A stretch of DNA of 64,000 nucleotides from the human T2T-CHM13v2.0 reference genome, Homo sapiens (GCF_009914755.1 NC_060940.1), one strand, 5' to 3'; positions 12,600 to 27,026 are shown, numbered from the stretch's first letter. Notes: generated by a model not told the origin, from the letters alone. Made by a program: numbers and translations.

Positions 12600-14420
12600 A
12601 ATTGTTACAGGGAGAAGCTTTACCTGGGCTGGAAATGAAGCTTTACCTGGGCTGAGGATGAGAGGGAGGGGAGGAGGGTCAGCAGTCATGGGGCTCAGAG
12701 CCTGGCATCTGCTGCCCAGGACTCCAGGGCCTGCTTCTCCCCAAGGACCTCAGATTCAGTTTCTCTTGTCCCACCCGCCTGAAGTCCTCCTCTCCAACTG
12801 CCCCATTCAACTGCCACTCCCACCACACCTGAGAGGGAACTCTGGCGGGCCAACATTCCCTCTGCCCACATTAAAGGGCTCTCCCCTCTTCCAGGATGGC
12901 CTGTGGCCGGGTCTGGCTCTTTGGTGACAGTCAGAGCCCATGCATGAAAGCACTGTGCATGGCCAGCCCTTCCCTGGCTGTCACAGCACATCCTTGTAGA
13001 AGAGAAGGAGAAAAATCCTCTCTCCAACCGTCATTCTACAGACGAGAAGCCCAAGGAACAGAAGCCTGTCCACGACTGGCGTGGGGCTGAGACCAGCACC
13101 CAGGTCCCCTGAGTCCCACTCCAGGCTCCTTCCTGAGAGAATGCATCGAATTTTCTACGCTGTGTTCCTGCAACCGGGAATCAACTTTGGGATCAGGGGA
13201 AGGGAAGGGAGGGGAGGGGAGGGCAGGGGTAGGGGAGGGCAGGGGTAGGGGAGGGCAGGGGAGGCGAGGGGAGGGGAGATGAGCCTCATCTTCAAAACAG
13301 AAAATCTCATTCATTCATTCCCCATTCATTTAACGAAAAAGAAAAGGGTAATTTGAGCTCAATTTGTCTTGAAATGAACGGAAGGTAAGTCTGAGACCTG
13401 CACTAGCAGCTAGCCCTTGCATAGAAAAGTTCCCCTGTGTCACCCTTGGAACCCTGCACATCCCGAGCGCAAGCGTGATTCCCGGGGTCCCTTCTGCGCC
13501 TGTCCCAGAACAAGCGCCCGATTTCAGGGGAGCCCAGCCGAAGGGTTCCACAGCGCTCAGCGAGCCGGCTGGGAGGGAGCAAACTCTCTAACTGCAGAAA
13601 AAAACAAATCTTGATTCCGCTTTAAGGGTTATTTAAACATCTTAGAGGACCTTCCCAGCCTCACGCACGTGGATTTCATGAGGAACTTGGCCGCTACCTT
13701 CTCCTGTCCTGCGCAATGCCGCCCCCTGCTGGCTGCCTTCCGGCCCCGCCGCTTCCTGGAGATGCGAATTCACCGCCTTTGCCCAACCTGAGTTCCCTTC
13801 CTACCTAGAGGGAGGTGGAAATGGAGAGGGGCTGTGGGCAGCTGTGTAGGAAAATGGGTCCTCCCAGGAAGGCTCCCCGGCCTGGGGAGTGAGCTAGACC
13901 GACAGCAGTTTCCTTACACGTGTCCAAAGTGTTCCATTTAATTTCCGTCCATTCTTCCCTTCATGAATGCAAATCACTGCTAATAATATCACTCGACATT
14001 TCTGGAGCCCTTTGTGTATCGCAAAATTCTTCATCCTCTTTATCACTTGATCTTCGCAACAACCCCGGGGGTCTCATAAACACAGCAAAGACTCGCTTCC
14101 ACAATCTTCCAAACGGAGTCAAGTGCTGTCAAGTTTATGGAGGAAGAATGCCGATCAGTTTTCCTCTATCTCCATGAAAGGCTGGGCGGAGATGGATTTC
14201 CACCCAGACAAACAGTATTGGGCGCTACGCAAGAAGATTGGTGGGCCTAGCCGGAAACAGAGTGGAGAATGATGGAGAGGGACTGTCCGGTCTGTATCCA
14301 AGGAAGTCCTTAGGAAAAGACCAGCCAAGCTCCTGTTCCAGGCAGAGCGTGGACTCACCCATAGTCAGGGAACTGAGGCCCATCCTGGGTGTACACACAG
14401 CTCGCGGGGGGGCGAGATAA
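12600..14420 (-). promoter_or_regulatory. Probable ABCC12 promoter / intergenic regulatory region
   Basis: Repeat-poor, locally CpG-enriched (13460-13800, 14220-14420); G-rich tract, CACGTG, CTCF, CCAAT and ETS-like motifs; lies upstream of ABCC12 exons. Confidence 0.5.
13719..13732 (-). promoter_or_regulatory. CTCF core motif CCAGCAGGGGGCGG
   Basis: Full match to CCASYAGRKGGCRS. Confidence 0.7.
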
Positions 14421-14494
14421 TCCACTGGAATACAAAAAGAAAAAAAATAGAAATCCTTTTCATATTTCTCCTCTTCCTTTAAAAATTCTATTTT

Positions 14495-15508
<1,014 letters not shown>

Positions 15509-15680
15509 ACATGTCCACCCTGCACATCCTTGTAAATAACTATACATGCATAAATTAGGGGTCTGTGTGCGCACATACCAGCAGTGGTGCTCCATGGCAA
15601 GGGAAAATTGGTGCTTGATGGGAAGGAAATTTTCCCAGCTCTGAGGTTCTGTGGGGTCTCTATTCCAAAGTGAGGTTCTC

Positions 15681-16102
<422 letters not shown>

Positions 16103-16360
16103 TCAGTGTGTGCAGTTACATAGAATCAATAGCTCACAGTGGCTAAGAGTAGAAACTCTGGAATCAGATCTGTCCTCAAAATCTCTAAATTTCAATGTCG
16201 TCAACTACAAAATGAAAACACTATCCTGAAAGCATTGTAAATTAACTAAGGATTAAAGTGGATCATGGAAGTGAAGCGCTTAAACACAGTGCCTTAAACA
16301 AACACTCAATAAATGGTAGCTATTGTTTGTGAATAAGAATTTTAAAATTAGCAGGATCTC

Positions 16361-16671
<311 letters not shown>

Positions 16672-17658
16672 CTAGAAGTAAGAATTCTACCTCCTGGGTT
16701 GCTATTAGAATCTGTCTAGTAGAAATACACTGATGTCTCTGCTAAAAGAAGGGGTTTGGATTTTTCACTTTATTTGCCTAATGAACTAAGGCGAGCGATA
16801 TAAAAGGACTGTCAAACAAAGCTGATGTCAAGTGATTTTGGAAAGTAATTGGAATTTGCATGGACTTTTAAAACAGTAAGTGGAAGAAATATATGTAAGT
16901 AAAGCAATAATAGGATTCGTGAGCCAGAAATACATGCATGCAACAGTCAGAGAACAAGCCCTCTAATAAAGAACAAAAATATTTCACAGCCAGAAAATGT
17001 GGGTGCTGTTCTCAGCTCCACCACTTAACAGCTTAAAGACCTGAGCAAGCCCCTTGGCTCAGAGAGCTGATCCTAGGAGTTAAAACCTGCCCCCAACATG
17101 AGAAAGAATTCTCAAAGAATCCATTCTCAGAATCAGGAAAACTATGCTAATTGCAAACAAATGAATTTTCCATTTAAATGGTGGTCATAACAATCTTGTA
17201 ATAAACCTATTTCTTTCTTTGCATGGGCTGTTAAGGAGTTTAGAGCAAAAACTCAGCCATCTCTAGTAACTGTACACAATCTTATGGCATGCACTTATAT
17301 GCAATTATATGCGAGGAAGTGCTCTGTTAAGTCTAAATCATGAACACACCCCAGATCAGTGAAGGATATTGATATGTGAGGGGAGAAGGAGGTGGGGAGC
17401 ATTTCAGTGAATGCCACTGAGAGGGACTGAGACCCTCATATCAGAACAGAAGTTTCCAAATCGGTACGGTTCTCTCTAGAGTACAATGCTACCCATTAAG
17501 TATCTGGGAACCAAGGATTTGGCAAGAAACACGCTTATCAAGTCAGCAAAGTGTACTCCTCTTTGCTCTGATGAATCACAGTTTTGCACTAATGCTCCTC
17601 AGAGATGCCGCACTGGATGGCAAGCTCTGCGTAAGGGGCTGTCAGGCACTAGAAATAG

Positions 17659-18198
<540 letters not shown>

Positions 18199-18221
18199 TA
18201 GAAAATCAAAGAGCTGAGTTA

Positions 18222-18708
18222 AATGCAGGTTCTTAAATTGTTTGTGTGCCATGGACCTCTTTGGCATTCTAGTATATTCTCAGAAAAAGTATTTCTATGC
18301 ATGAGATAAAGTACATAGGATTGCAAAGATAACCAATTATGCAGAATGTGCTTATGATAATATGTATAAAACACAGCTGAATACTGTAAGGTATATGCTT
18401 CTATATTGATGCACTAAGTAATGTGATCTAGCAGAAGTTCTAATGACTATTATAATTTCAAAGCATTGATGCATGTAAGTGATATTTTGAGACATCTGAA
18501 ACAATTGAAATGAGATTTGAGAATACCGCTGATTTCTATTGGTAACAAAGTCACAGATACTGCTAATACTATCTATTTGTTGCCCCATCAAGGAAAACAC
18601 CAAATTTCAGTTTGTAAAAATAAAGATGTCATTTTTTTCCCATCCAAATTCATAGATGCCCTGAATCTAGCTAAGAGGTCCATGGACCACAGGCTAAGAA
18701 CAGCTGGA
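18222..18708. mobile_element. hAT/Charlie-type DNA transposon fossil
   Basis: Imperfect inverted ends caggttcttaa..ccatggacc / ggtccatgg..ctaagaacagctg around an AT-rich core. Confidence 0.55.
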
Positions 18709-20099
18709 CTGACGACTTCTAAAATTGCTTCTGACTCTGAAGCAGTTGGATTCCACAGAATTTTCTAAATGATGCCGGGGGACAGATTAGGGGACATTTA
18801 GGATAATGGGGTGAAATTTTACAATCTTAACAGCTGGCACCAGAGTGAATCAGAGGGTGGGAACCGTTTTTGTTTAGCAACTGCCTTGATCTGTCTCTTG
18901 GGGCAGTCAGAGACACCCTAATGACTTGCTTGGCAGGAAAGGGCACCAGAAGGGAGAACTAAACTGCTCTGCATAAAATGTGTCCAAGAATTGGGAGGCG
19001 GGGGCAGGGAGAACACAGACAGTAATTAGAGAACCAGAGAGGAAACCAGAGCCAGAGTGGGTAGAATGGTGAGGGACTCCTTAAGAAAGCACATGGTTGA
19101 TATTCAATTGGAAGTTGTTGACTTGCTGTCAACAATTCTTTTGACCCCACCCTTCATTCAAGTGGTCTACACATACAAAGGAAATAAGGAGAAGTGCTGA
19201 ATTCTCCTGCTAGATGAATGCAGTGGAGCAAAGGAGAGGATGGATGGCCTAGCGGGATGCTCAGGAAGGCAGAGTTAAAAGAGGTCATGCAAATCAAAGT
19301 GCCCGGAAGCACAGGAACTTTGGGAAGCACATTCACATGGGGGCCTGGACCCTTCCTGTCTAGATCATATGGGACACGTGCTCTCAGCTAACCTCTGTGT
19401 TCTCAGAGCACGGGCCAGAGACCAGCAGTATCAGCAACATCTGAGCCTTGTTAGAAGGGCAAATTCTTAAGCCCAACCCCAGACCTACTGGATGGAACTA
19501 TATGAGGTTGGGGTCCAGCAATCTGTGTCTTGCCCTCCAGGCAATTTGGATACTCAAGTTCAAGTTTGAAAACTTCTGCTGTCAGGCGTTATTATTTCCA
19601 TTATTGCATTCCAGTGTCCCAGTCCACAGAGAGGTGTATGCAGAATTTCTCCCAGCACTCAGCCTTGGGGGACCCGCTCCCAGCCTGGGGATAAGAACAC
19701 TGCCCCTCACCTTGCACTGGAGAGAGCTTTCCAGAGCCAGAAAATGCTCCCAGCCACGGTGAGCTCCCTGCCCCTCCAGGCAGCCACTCCCTCCTGGGAC
19801 CTTTCCAGTGACCCAAAGGTCCATGCCTTCTAGGCTGGGGCTGCCCTCTGGAGCCACTTTTCTGAAAGAAGCCCTTCCGGACCGGAAAGACTGAAGTCTG
19901 AGTCTTCCCCTCTTTCTGCTGGTGCCTTGCACAGCATGGTGCTCTGGCCACCATAGAGGTTGGTCTCTGAAGACTGCTCATTTACCAGTTTCTCTTACGA
20001 TATTGTCCAGGGCTGCAGACAGAGGGCAGGGCAGGCAGGGCCAGCGTGACTGTGGCCTCCTTTGCTCTGCACATCAGTTGCTGTCATTGTGGACCACAC

Positions 20100-20959
20100 T
20101 GTTACAGGAAAGGAGCTCCAATCCAGACACCAAGAGAGGGCTCTCGGATCTCACGCAAGAATGAATTCAGGGCGAATCCATAGAGTAAAGTGAAAGGAAG
20201 TTTATTAAGCAAGTAAAGGGGCCTGGCACGGTGGCTCACGCCTGTAATCCCAGCACTTTGGGAGGTGGAAGCGGGCGGATCACGAGGTCAGGAGAGCAAG
20301 ACCATCCTGGCCTAACATGGTGAAACCCCGTCTCTACTATAATACAAAAAATTAGCTGGGCGTGGTGGCGGGCGCCTGTAGTCCCAGCTAGTTGGGAGGC
20401 TGAGTCAGGGGAGCCGCTTAAACCAGGGGGGCGGGAGCGCGGAGGTTGCAGTGAGACAAGATCGCGCCACTGCACTCCAGCCTGGTGACAGAGCAAGACT
20501 CCGTCTCAAAACAAAAAAACAAGTGAAGAAATAAAAGAATGGCTACTCCATAGAGCAGCCCCGAGGGCTGCTGGTTGTCCACTTTTATGGTTATTTCTTG
20601 ATGATATGCTAAACAAGGGGTGGATTATTCATGCCTCCCCTTTTTAGACCATATAGGATAACTTCCTGACGTTGCCATGGCATTTGTAAACTGTCATGGC
20701 GCTGGTGGGAGTGGAGCAGCGAGGACAACCAGAGGTCCCTCTCTTCACCATTTTGGTTTTGGTGGGTTTTGGCCGGCTTCTTTACTGCATCCTTTTTTAT
20801 CAGCAAGGTCTTTATGACCTGTATCTTGTGCCAACCTCCTATCTCATCCTGTGGCTTAGAATGCCCTAACCATCTGGGAATGCAGCCCCGTAGGTCTCAG
20901 CCTTATTTTACCCAGCCCCTATTCAAGATGGAGTTGATCTGGTTCAAATGCCTCTGACA
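20100..20959 (-). mobile_element. MER41 (A-type) ERV1 solo LTR interrupted by an Alu (+, ~20220-20519)
   Basis: Reverse strand starts TGTCAGAGGCATTTGAACCAGA.CAACTCCATCTTGAATAGGGG and ends ..CCTGTAACA. Confidence 0.85.
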
Positions 20960-21255
20960 ACATCACCCCAACTCATGCCTCTAGAACCTCTAAAAAAATT
21001 CCATGACCTCCTCTCCGCCAGTATGGAATTGAAAATAAAAATAATAACAAACCATCAAATAAATATAACAAAGCACAGCAAAGCCCTGCATTCTCTCATT
21101 ATAATTATTTTAGTATTATTTTTGAAAGACCAAATACCAATTTTTAAATGTTTATCATAAAACATTTCTGAAACCTGAAAAGGTGAAAAGAATTATTAAA
21201 AATCAAAGCCTCATACACTCACCACTCAGCTTAAGGAATAAAATATTACAATATT

Positions 21256-21592
21256 GGCTGGGCGTGGTGGCTCACAGCTATAATCCCAACAGTTTGGGAG
21301 GCGGAGGCGGGTAGATCACCTGAGGTCAGGAGTTCAAGACCAGCCTGGCCAGCTTGGCAAAACCCCGTCTCTACTAAAAATACAAAAATTAGCCAGGTGT
21401 GGTGGCAGGCACCTATAATTCCAGCTACTCAGGAGGCTGAGGTAGGAGAATCGCTGGAACCAGGTGGCAGTGAGCAGAGATCGCGCCACTGCACTCCAGC
21501 CTTCACAACAAGGTGAAACTCCGTTTCCCTCCCTCCCTCCCTCCCTCCCTCCCTCTCTCTCTCTCTCTCTCCATATATATATATATATATAT
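21256..21592 (+). mobile_element. AluS followed by a (CCCT)n(CT)n(AT)n compound microsatellite
   Basis: Alu consensus; direct inspection. Confidence 0.9.
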
Positions 21593-21854
21593 GTAAAATC
21601 AATGTTGTTTAAAAAAACTAATGGTATTTTTCAAAAAATTCTGCTTTATTACTGCTCGGAGCCAATGGTTCTCACATTTTGCTGCTGGAGGTGGGGACGG
21701 GGGCAGATGGGATGGGGCTCTGCACACTGAGTGGAAATGGGCTCTATTTCCTGTCCTCTGACTCCAGGGGTCAACACTTTTGTGGCGAATTATCTCCGGG
21801 GATCCGGCCAGCTCAGAAGCCCAGTGGGGCCATCACCGCATTTTTGGGACGAGG

Positions 21855-21868
21855 CTGCCATCTGCTGG
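21855..21868 (-). promoter_or_regulatory. CTCF core motif CCAGCAGATGGCAG
   Basis: Full match to CCASYAGRKGGCRS in a small CpG-retaining patch. Confidence 0.7.
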
Positions 21869-23404
21869 TCGCTCAAGGAAAAGACGGCAGCTGCATCTGG
21901 CCTGGGGAGGGCCAGTGTGTAGAGAGCTCCCTCACCCGTGATGAGGGCAGTGTCCCACAGCAGTTCTGGGAATGGGGAAGCAGAGGAAGGAGAGTCACCC
22001 TCAATGGGCAGATGAGCAGCTGAACTGTGATGGGATGGTAGCATATGGGGTTCCCAGGGACACTTCAGGGCCCAAAAAAGAAAAAAGCCAGGACTGAGGG
22101 GAAGGGAATAACAGAGCAAAGGTTTTTTAAGAAAGATAAACCCCCTAGAAGGAGAAGCAGGTGCCACTAGAGAGTCCCAAATGGGGAACAGAAGGTTCGC
22201 GCTCCAGGGCACCGGACTTCTCCTGTTCCGTCCAAGGATTGCATCAGCCCCTGTAGTAGCTCATTCCCGCAGGGATTTGTTTGCTGTTCTCTCTGCCTTG
22301 AACATTCTTTCCTGCCCCAGTCCCCTTCCTTGGAGTAAATGTTTGTTCAGTGCTCAGGTCTCAGTAAACTGTGCCCACACTGCCTCCAGGAAGTCCCCGG
22401 GGGCTGCCTTTTCCTCTGCATCCTGTTCCTGCTTCTAGCCTCAGGTAGCCCTGTTCTGGATCGGCCTGTTTACTTGTTTACAGTTTTACTGTTTACTTAC
22501 CCTCACGAGATTCCAAATTCCCTGAGGGCAGGGACACCATTTCATCCCCAGCACCAGTGCAGGCAAGAGAGTGAGAAATATTGGTTTACTAAATTGATTT
22601 TTTATGGCATTTTTTGAAAATCAGACATCATAATCTGGAATAAAAAGGAAAGTACTTTGAAACATATTTCCCCCAACAACAAGGTCTCCCCAGAAGTAAG
22701 TTGAAAATGATTGCCTTTTCTATTTGTCTGTAACCACATGTGGAGGGTGGGGGAGTGAGAACAAGAAAGAGAGAAAACAAATTATTTTATTTTCAGTTGT
22801 CATACGTTGTAAGTTATGCTGCTCTTCAGTAAACAATCATAGTAGACAGCTGCTATCTGGGGCCTGGCCAGCATCCATATCCATTCTTCCCTCAGGCACA
22901 ATTTTACTTTGGTGAAACAACCTCTTCTATTCTCAGTCTACATGATCTAGGGCAGCAAATCCCATCCCCAGGCCCAAATATGGGCATGTGGCTCAGGCCT
23001 GGCAAATCACAGTATGCCAACAGCCTAGCACATGATTGATCAGGAACAAGCACATGACCCAAGCTGGCCCAGTGAGATTTCACCCTGGAATCATTGAGGC
23101 AAGAAGACCTGGGGGGTGCAGAGTGTGTAGGACGTGAACCTGGAGCTGCAGGCAACCATATTGCCACCATGAGGCAAGAGGAAGTTAGAAAGTGAAGCCA
23201 AACAAAGGAAAGCAGAGCTAGGAGAAGAGAAACAGAGACCTCAAAACAGGCATCCTTTCATTCCGGCACCCAACCTTGAACTTTTTCTGTATCTTTCTGT
23301 TACAAGACCAACAAACTCTTTTTTTTTTCCAAAGTTAGTTTGAGGGAGTCTCTGTTCCTTGCAACTGAATAAGTACTAGCTAACGTAAAAAGCAGAATGA
23401 AGAT

Positions 23405-23715
23405 GGCTGGGTGCAGTGGTTCATGCCCATAACCTCAGCACTTTGGGAGGCCAAGGCAAGCGGATCACTTGAGATCAGCCTGGCCAACATGGTGAAACCC
23501 CGCCTCTACTAAAAATACAAAAATTAGCCAGTCATGGTGGCACATGCTTGTAATCCTAGCTATTCAGGAGGCTGAGGCAGGAGAATTGCTTGAACCTGGG
23601 AGGCAGAGGCTACAGTGAGCTGAGATTGCGCCACTGCGCTCCAGCCTGGGCAACAGAGCAAGACCCTGTCTAAAAAAACAAAAAGAAAAGAAACGAAAGG
23701 AAGCAGAACAAAGAA
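23405..23715 (+). mobile_element. Alu immediately downstream of the ABCC11 3' end
   Basis: Alu consensus with mixed A-rich tail. Confidence 0.92.
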
Positions 23716-23719
23716 AGTG

Positions 23720-24081
23720 AGTTTTCCTTAGTTTTATATTTTACAAAGTCAGTACAGCATTTGCAACACTTCTAACACAGATCAGAAAACTATAAGCTTT
23801 TACCTTATTATAAAATTATTCAGCATGTAAGTTAAAAGGAGAACCACATGATCACTGAATCCCATGTCTTAGATGGTTCTGGGGTTCTAAGGTCTTGAGA
23901 GCCATCAAGTAGCCTATTCCAGGGTTTCCATCCAGCAATCCCCACCCCCCCTACATTTACCCCTGCTTCCAGGAGAAGTTCTCATCTCCAAACAAGAAGG
24001 TCGCAGACTGTGGGCCTCGAAGCTGCACCTGTGTGAACCTCTGAGCTCAGCTGCCAGCCTCCATGAAGTCTCCACATCTCC
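23720..24081 (-). other. ABCC11: ABCC11 3'UTR (proximal form); variant poly(A) signal AATATA/TATAAA at 23733-23740
   Basis: Follows stop; no AATAAA seen in this stretch, but AATATAAA is followed by a U-rich tract; exact cleavage site inferred. Confidence 0.65.
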
Positions 24082-24174
24082 TTATCTCAGTGAAGAAGTG
24101 GCTGTGGCCATGAGGGCTGCGAACAATGACCCAGGCTTCTTCCGCAGTACCTCCGGCCGATCAAATTCTACCAC
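24082..24174 (-). CDS. ABCC11: ABCC11 last coding exon (30), [30 protein letters not shown]-stop
   Basis: ctccag| acceptor; TAA at 24084-24082; matches the known ABCC11 C-terminus. Confidence 0.96.
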   Translation of the reverse strand: MVEFDRPEVLRKKPGSLFAALMATATSSLR

Positions 24175-24303
24175 CTGGAGGGTAGAGAAAGGCGAGGGGA
24201 GGATCAGGGCACAGCTGAGCTTGTGTCCTTGGAGGACTCAAAGGCATCTGGGGTAGCAGCCTGAGCCCTCATCCTCCCACCAGCCCAAGGACGCAGCCTT
24301 CAC

Positions 24304-24468
24304 CTTCCCATTGCCCATAACCAGGATGTGGTCACAGTTCAGCACAGTGGTGACACGGTGGGCAATGACGAGCACGGTGCAGCCCTGGAAGGCTTCACGG
24401 ATTGTGCGCTGGATCAGGGTGTCTGTCTCCATGTCAATGGAGGCTGTGGCTTCATCGATAAGGATGAT
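24304..24468 (-). CDS. ABCC11: ABCC11 exon 29, Walker [13 protein letters not shown] and H-switch IAHR
   Basis: catcag| acceptor, AAG|gtgaag donor; 165 nt. Confidence 0.98.
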
Positions 24469-25509
24469 CTGATGAATACAAAACAGGGGTGAAGGTGTCT
24501 ACTTCAGGCCCTAGAGACCTGGGTCTAGCCCTGGTTTACCACTAATTCACCAGGGCCCTTCCTCTCCAGGTCTCCATTTCTTTAGCTGGGAAATGGGAGA
24601 ATTATGCCGAGTGCAAAGCCCGCTCTGATTGCTGATTATCCATTACCTTATGAAGAGAACGTTAGGTCTCAACCAGGAGCTAACTGCATTTTAGTGGCCA
24701 GAGAATTAAGTTCTTGGAAATGAAAATGGCCTAGTGGCAACTTCTTGTTTTATTAACTACTTTCCCATTTACCGAAACTAAAGTAGAGCGGTGTTCTCCA
24801 AGAAGGGGCAGGCACACACCCCAGGAGGCACATGAGATGATTTCTCCAGCATATGGATAAACATTCTTTTTAGTTTAACATTTTTGTATTTATTTCATTA
24901 ACGATATGCATGAGGAAACTGTAACTCACACTGAAAGTGTGATTTCACAAATGGCACTGCTTGGGATGAGGCTGTTTTTGAAAAGGGAGTATCATTAGTA
25001 AATCACAGGGTAGGTGGTACCCAGAGATGACAAAAATCATAAAGTAATGACTCAAATTTGGGAAGCAATACAGAGGAAGCCATTGCAGCACCAAATGGCT
25101 ATGTAATTGAAATAAGGAAGTGTGAAGAAAGTACTACATGTACTTTGCAAATTTGTTGTTCATCTCTCCAAAGAAGAGGGGGAAAGTCCTACCTCCTCTG
25201 AAATTTTCCCAGGCTTTGGGCCCCACTGAGCTCTTTTCCCACAGCTCTGACAGTTTGCACCAACAGTTTTTGCATTTATCATTAATTAACCATGATACAT
25301 GTGTGTGAGCATGCATACATGTGTGAGTATGGAGAAGGTATGTGCATATGCATGCATAAGTATGTGTGTACATGTGTGTCTTGCCTCGCCTACGTAGGAG
25401 AAGGTTTGCCCCAGGCTATCTCACATACTCAAACACCTGAAATTATGGACAAAATATCTAGAAAGCTTCTGGAAGCCCTGTTCCGCCAAATTTTTAAAAA
25501 TATGCAATT

Positions 25510-25872
25510 TTGCAGCCATAAAAAAGAATGAGTTAATGTCCTTTGCAGGGACATGGATGAAGCTGGAAGTCATCATTCTCAGCAAACTAACACAGGAACA
25601 GAAAACCAAACACTGCATGTTCTCATTCACAAGTGGGAGTTGAACAATGAGAACACATGGACACAGGGAGGGGAACATCACACACCAGGGCCTGTCAGGT
25701 GGTGGGGGGCAAGGAAAGGGAGAGCATTAGGACAAATGCTTAATGCATGTGGGTCTTAAAACCTAGATGATGGGTTGATGGGTGCAGCAAACCACCATGG
25801 CACATGTGTACCTATGCAACAAACCTGCACGTTCTGCACATGTATCCCAGAACTTAAAGTAAATTTAAAAAA
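25510..25872 (+). mobile_element. L1PA 3' end fragment
   Basis: gcagggacatggatgaagctggaa...cccagaacttaaagta. Confidence 0.9.
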
Positions 25873-26180
25873 TATATATATATGCAATTTTGCCCTGGAT
25901 CAGCATCTGTCATCCAATTCCCAGTTCTAATAAAGATAAAAGGGATGTACTGCATCCAAGTTTTTAAAACAGTATACAGTAGGCAATTTAAAAATCAACG
26001 AGGGTCTAATGTGTTGTGTTTTTCTGAGAAAAGAGGATCATCATTTGGTCTAGTTGGAGACATTTCAGCTCAGGTGTAAGGAATCCGCTATCAGGCAGCC
26101 TAGGCTGTGAATCTCATCTACCATGCCTCACCCACACCACAAATGCATGTGGAATGGCACTCAGTGAAATGAATAAGCCC

Positions 26181-26735
26181 ATCTTGAATTAATTTTTGTA
26201 GAAGGTGTAAGGAAGGGATCCAGTTTCAGCTTTCCACATATGGCTAGCCAGTTTTCCCAGCACCATTTATTAAATAGGGAATCCTTTCCCCATTTCTTGT
26301 TTTTGTCAGGTTTGTCAAAGATCAGATGGTTGTAGATGTGTGGAAATAATTAAGAAAATATGGCACATATACACCATGGAATACTATGCAGCCGTAAAAA
26401 AGGATGAGTTCATGTCCTTTGTAGGGACATGGATGAAGCTGGAAACCATCACTCTCAGCAAACTATTGCAAGGACAAAAAACCAAACACTGCATGTTCTC
26501 ACTCATGGGTGGGAATTGAACAATGAGAACACTTGGACACAGGGTGGGGAACATCACACACTGGGGCCTGTCGTGGGGTGGGGGGAGGGGGGAGGGATAG
26601 CATTAGGAGATATACCTAATGTAAATGACGAGTTAACGGGTGCAGCACACCAACATGGCACATGTATACATATGTAACAAACCTGCACGTTGTGCACATG
26701 TACCCTAGAACTTAAAGTATAATAATAAAAAAAAG
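26181..26735 (+). mobile_element. 5'-inverted L1PA insertion (twin-priming type)
   Basis: Antisense ORF2 piece ~26181-26342 joined to sense 3'UTR and A tail; 15-bp TSD gaaatgaataagccc at 26166-26180 and 26736-26750. Confidence 0.92.
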
Positions 26736-26759
26736 GAAATGAATAAGCCCTTTGGATTC

Positions 26760-26793
26760 TGTTGCTGTTGTTGTTGTTGTTGTTGTTGTTGTT
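26760..26793. repeat. (GTT)n microsatellite
   Basis: Direct inspection. Confidence 0.9.
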
Positions 26794-26912
26794 AAGACGT
26801 ACACCACAGAGCCCAGTGTCCCACGGTAGTGAAGGGAGAGGGAGCCGGTGTGGCTTCCCTCATCATGCGTAGTCTGTGGCTTCCCCTGGCCACACGGCAG
26901 TGGTGGCCTCAC

Positions 26913-27026
26913 CTTGGAGTTGCGAAGCACAGCCCTGGCAATGCAGAGCAGCTGCCTCTCCCCCACAGAGAAGTTTCCACCGTTTTCCACCACATCTGTA
27001 TGCAGCTTTTTGGGGAACTTTGAGAT
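26913..27026 (-). CDS. ABCC11: ABCC11 exon 28, [38 protein letters not shown] (degenerate NBD2 signature; 38-aa symmetric exon)
   Basis: tcgcag| acceptor, AAG|gtgagg donor; 114 nt, phase 0-0. Confidence 0.97.

Noticed and set aside
20100-20959. MER41 LTR as an interferon-inducible STAT1 enhancer
   Set aside because: Reverse strand reads aaaaaggggaggcatgaataatcc, lacking the tandem TTCC.GGAA segment of MER41B; this is the A-type deletion
24385-24425. Known 27-bp exon-29 deletion (dry earwax allele)
   Set aside because: Sequence encodes intact DTLIQRTIR; deletion absent. The G180R site lies outside the window and cannot be assessed
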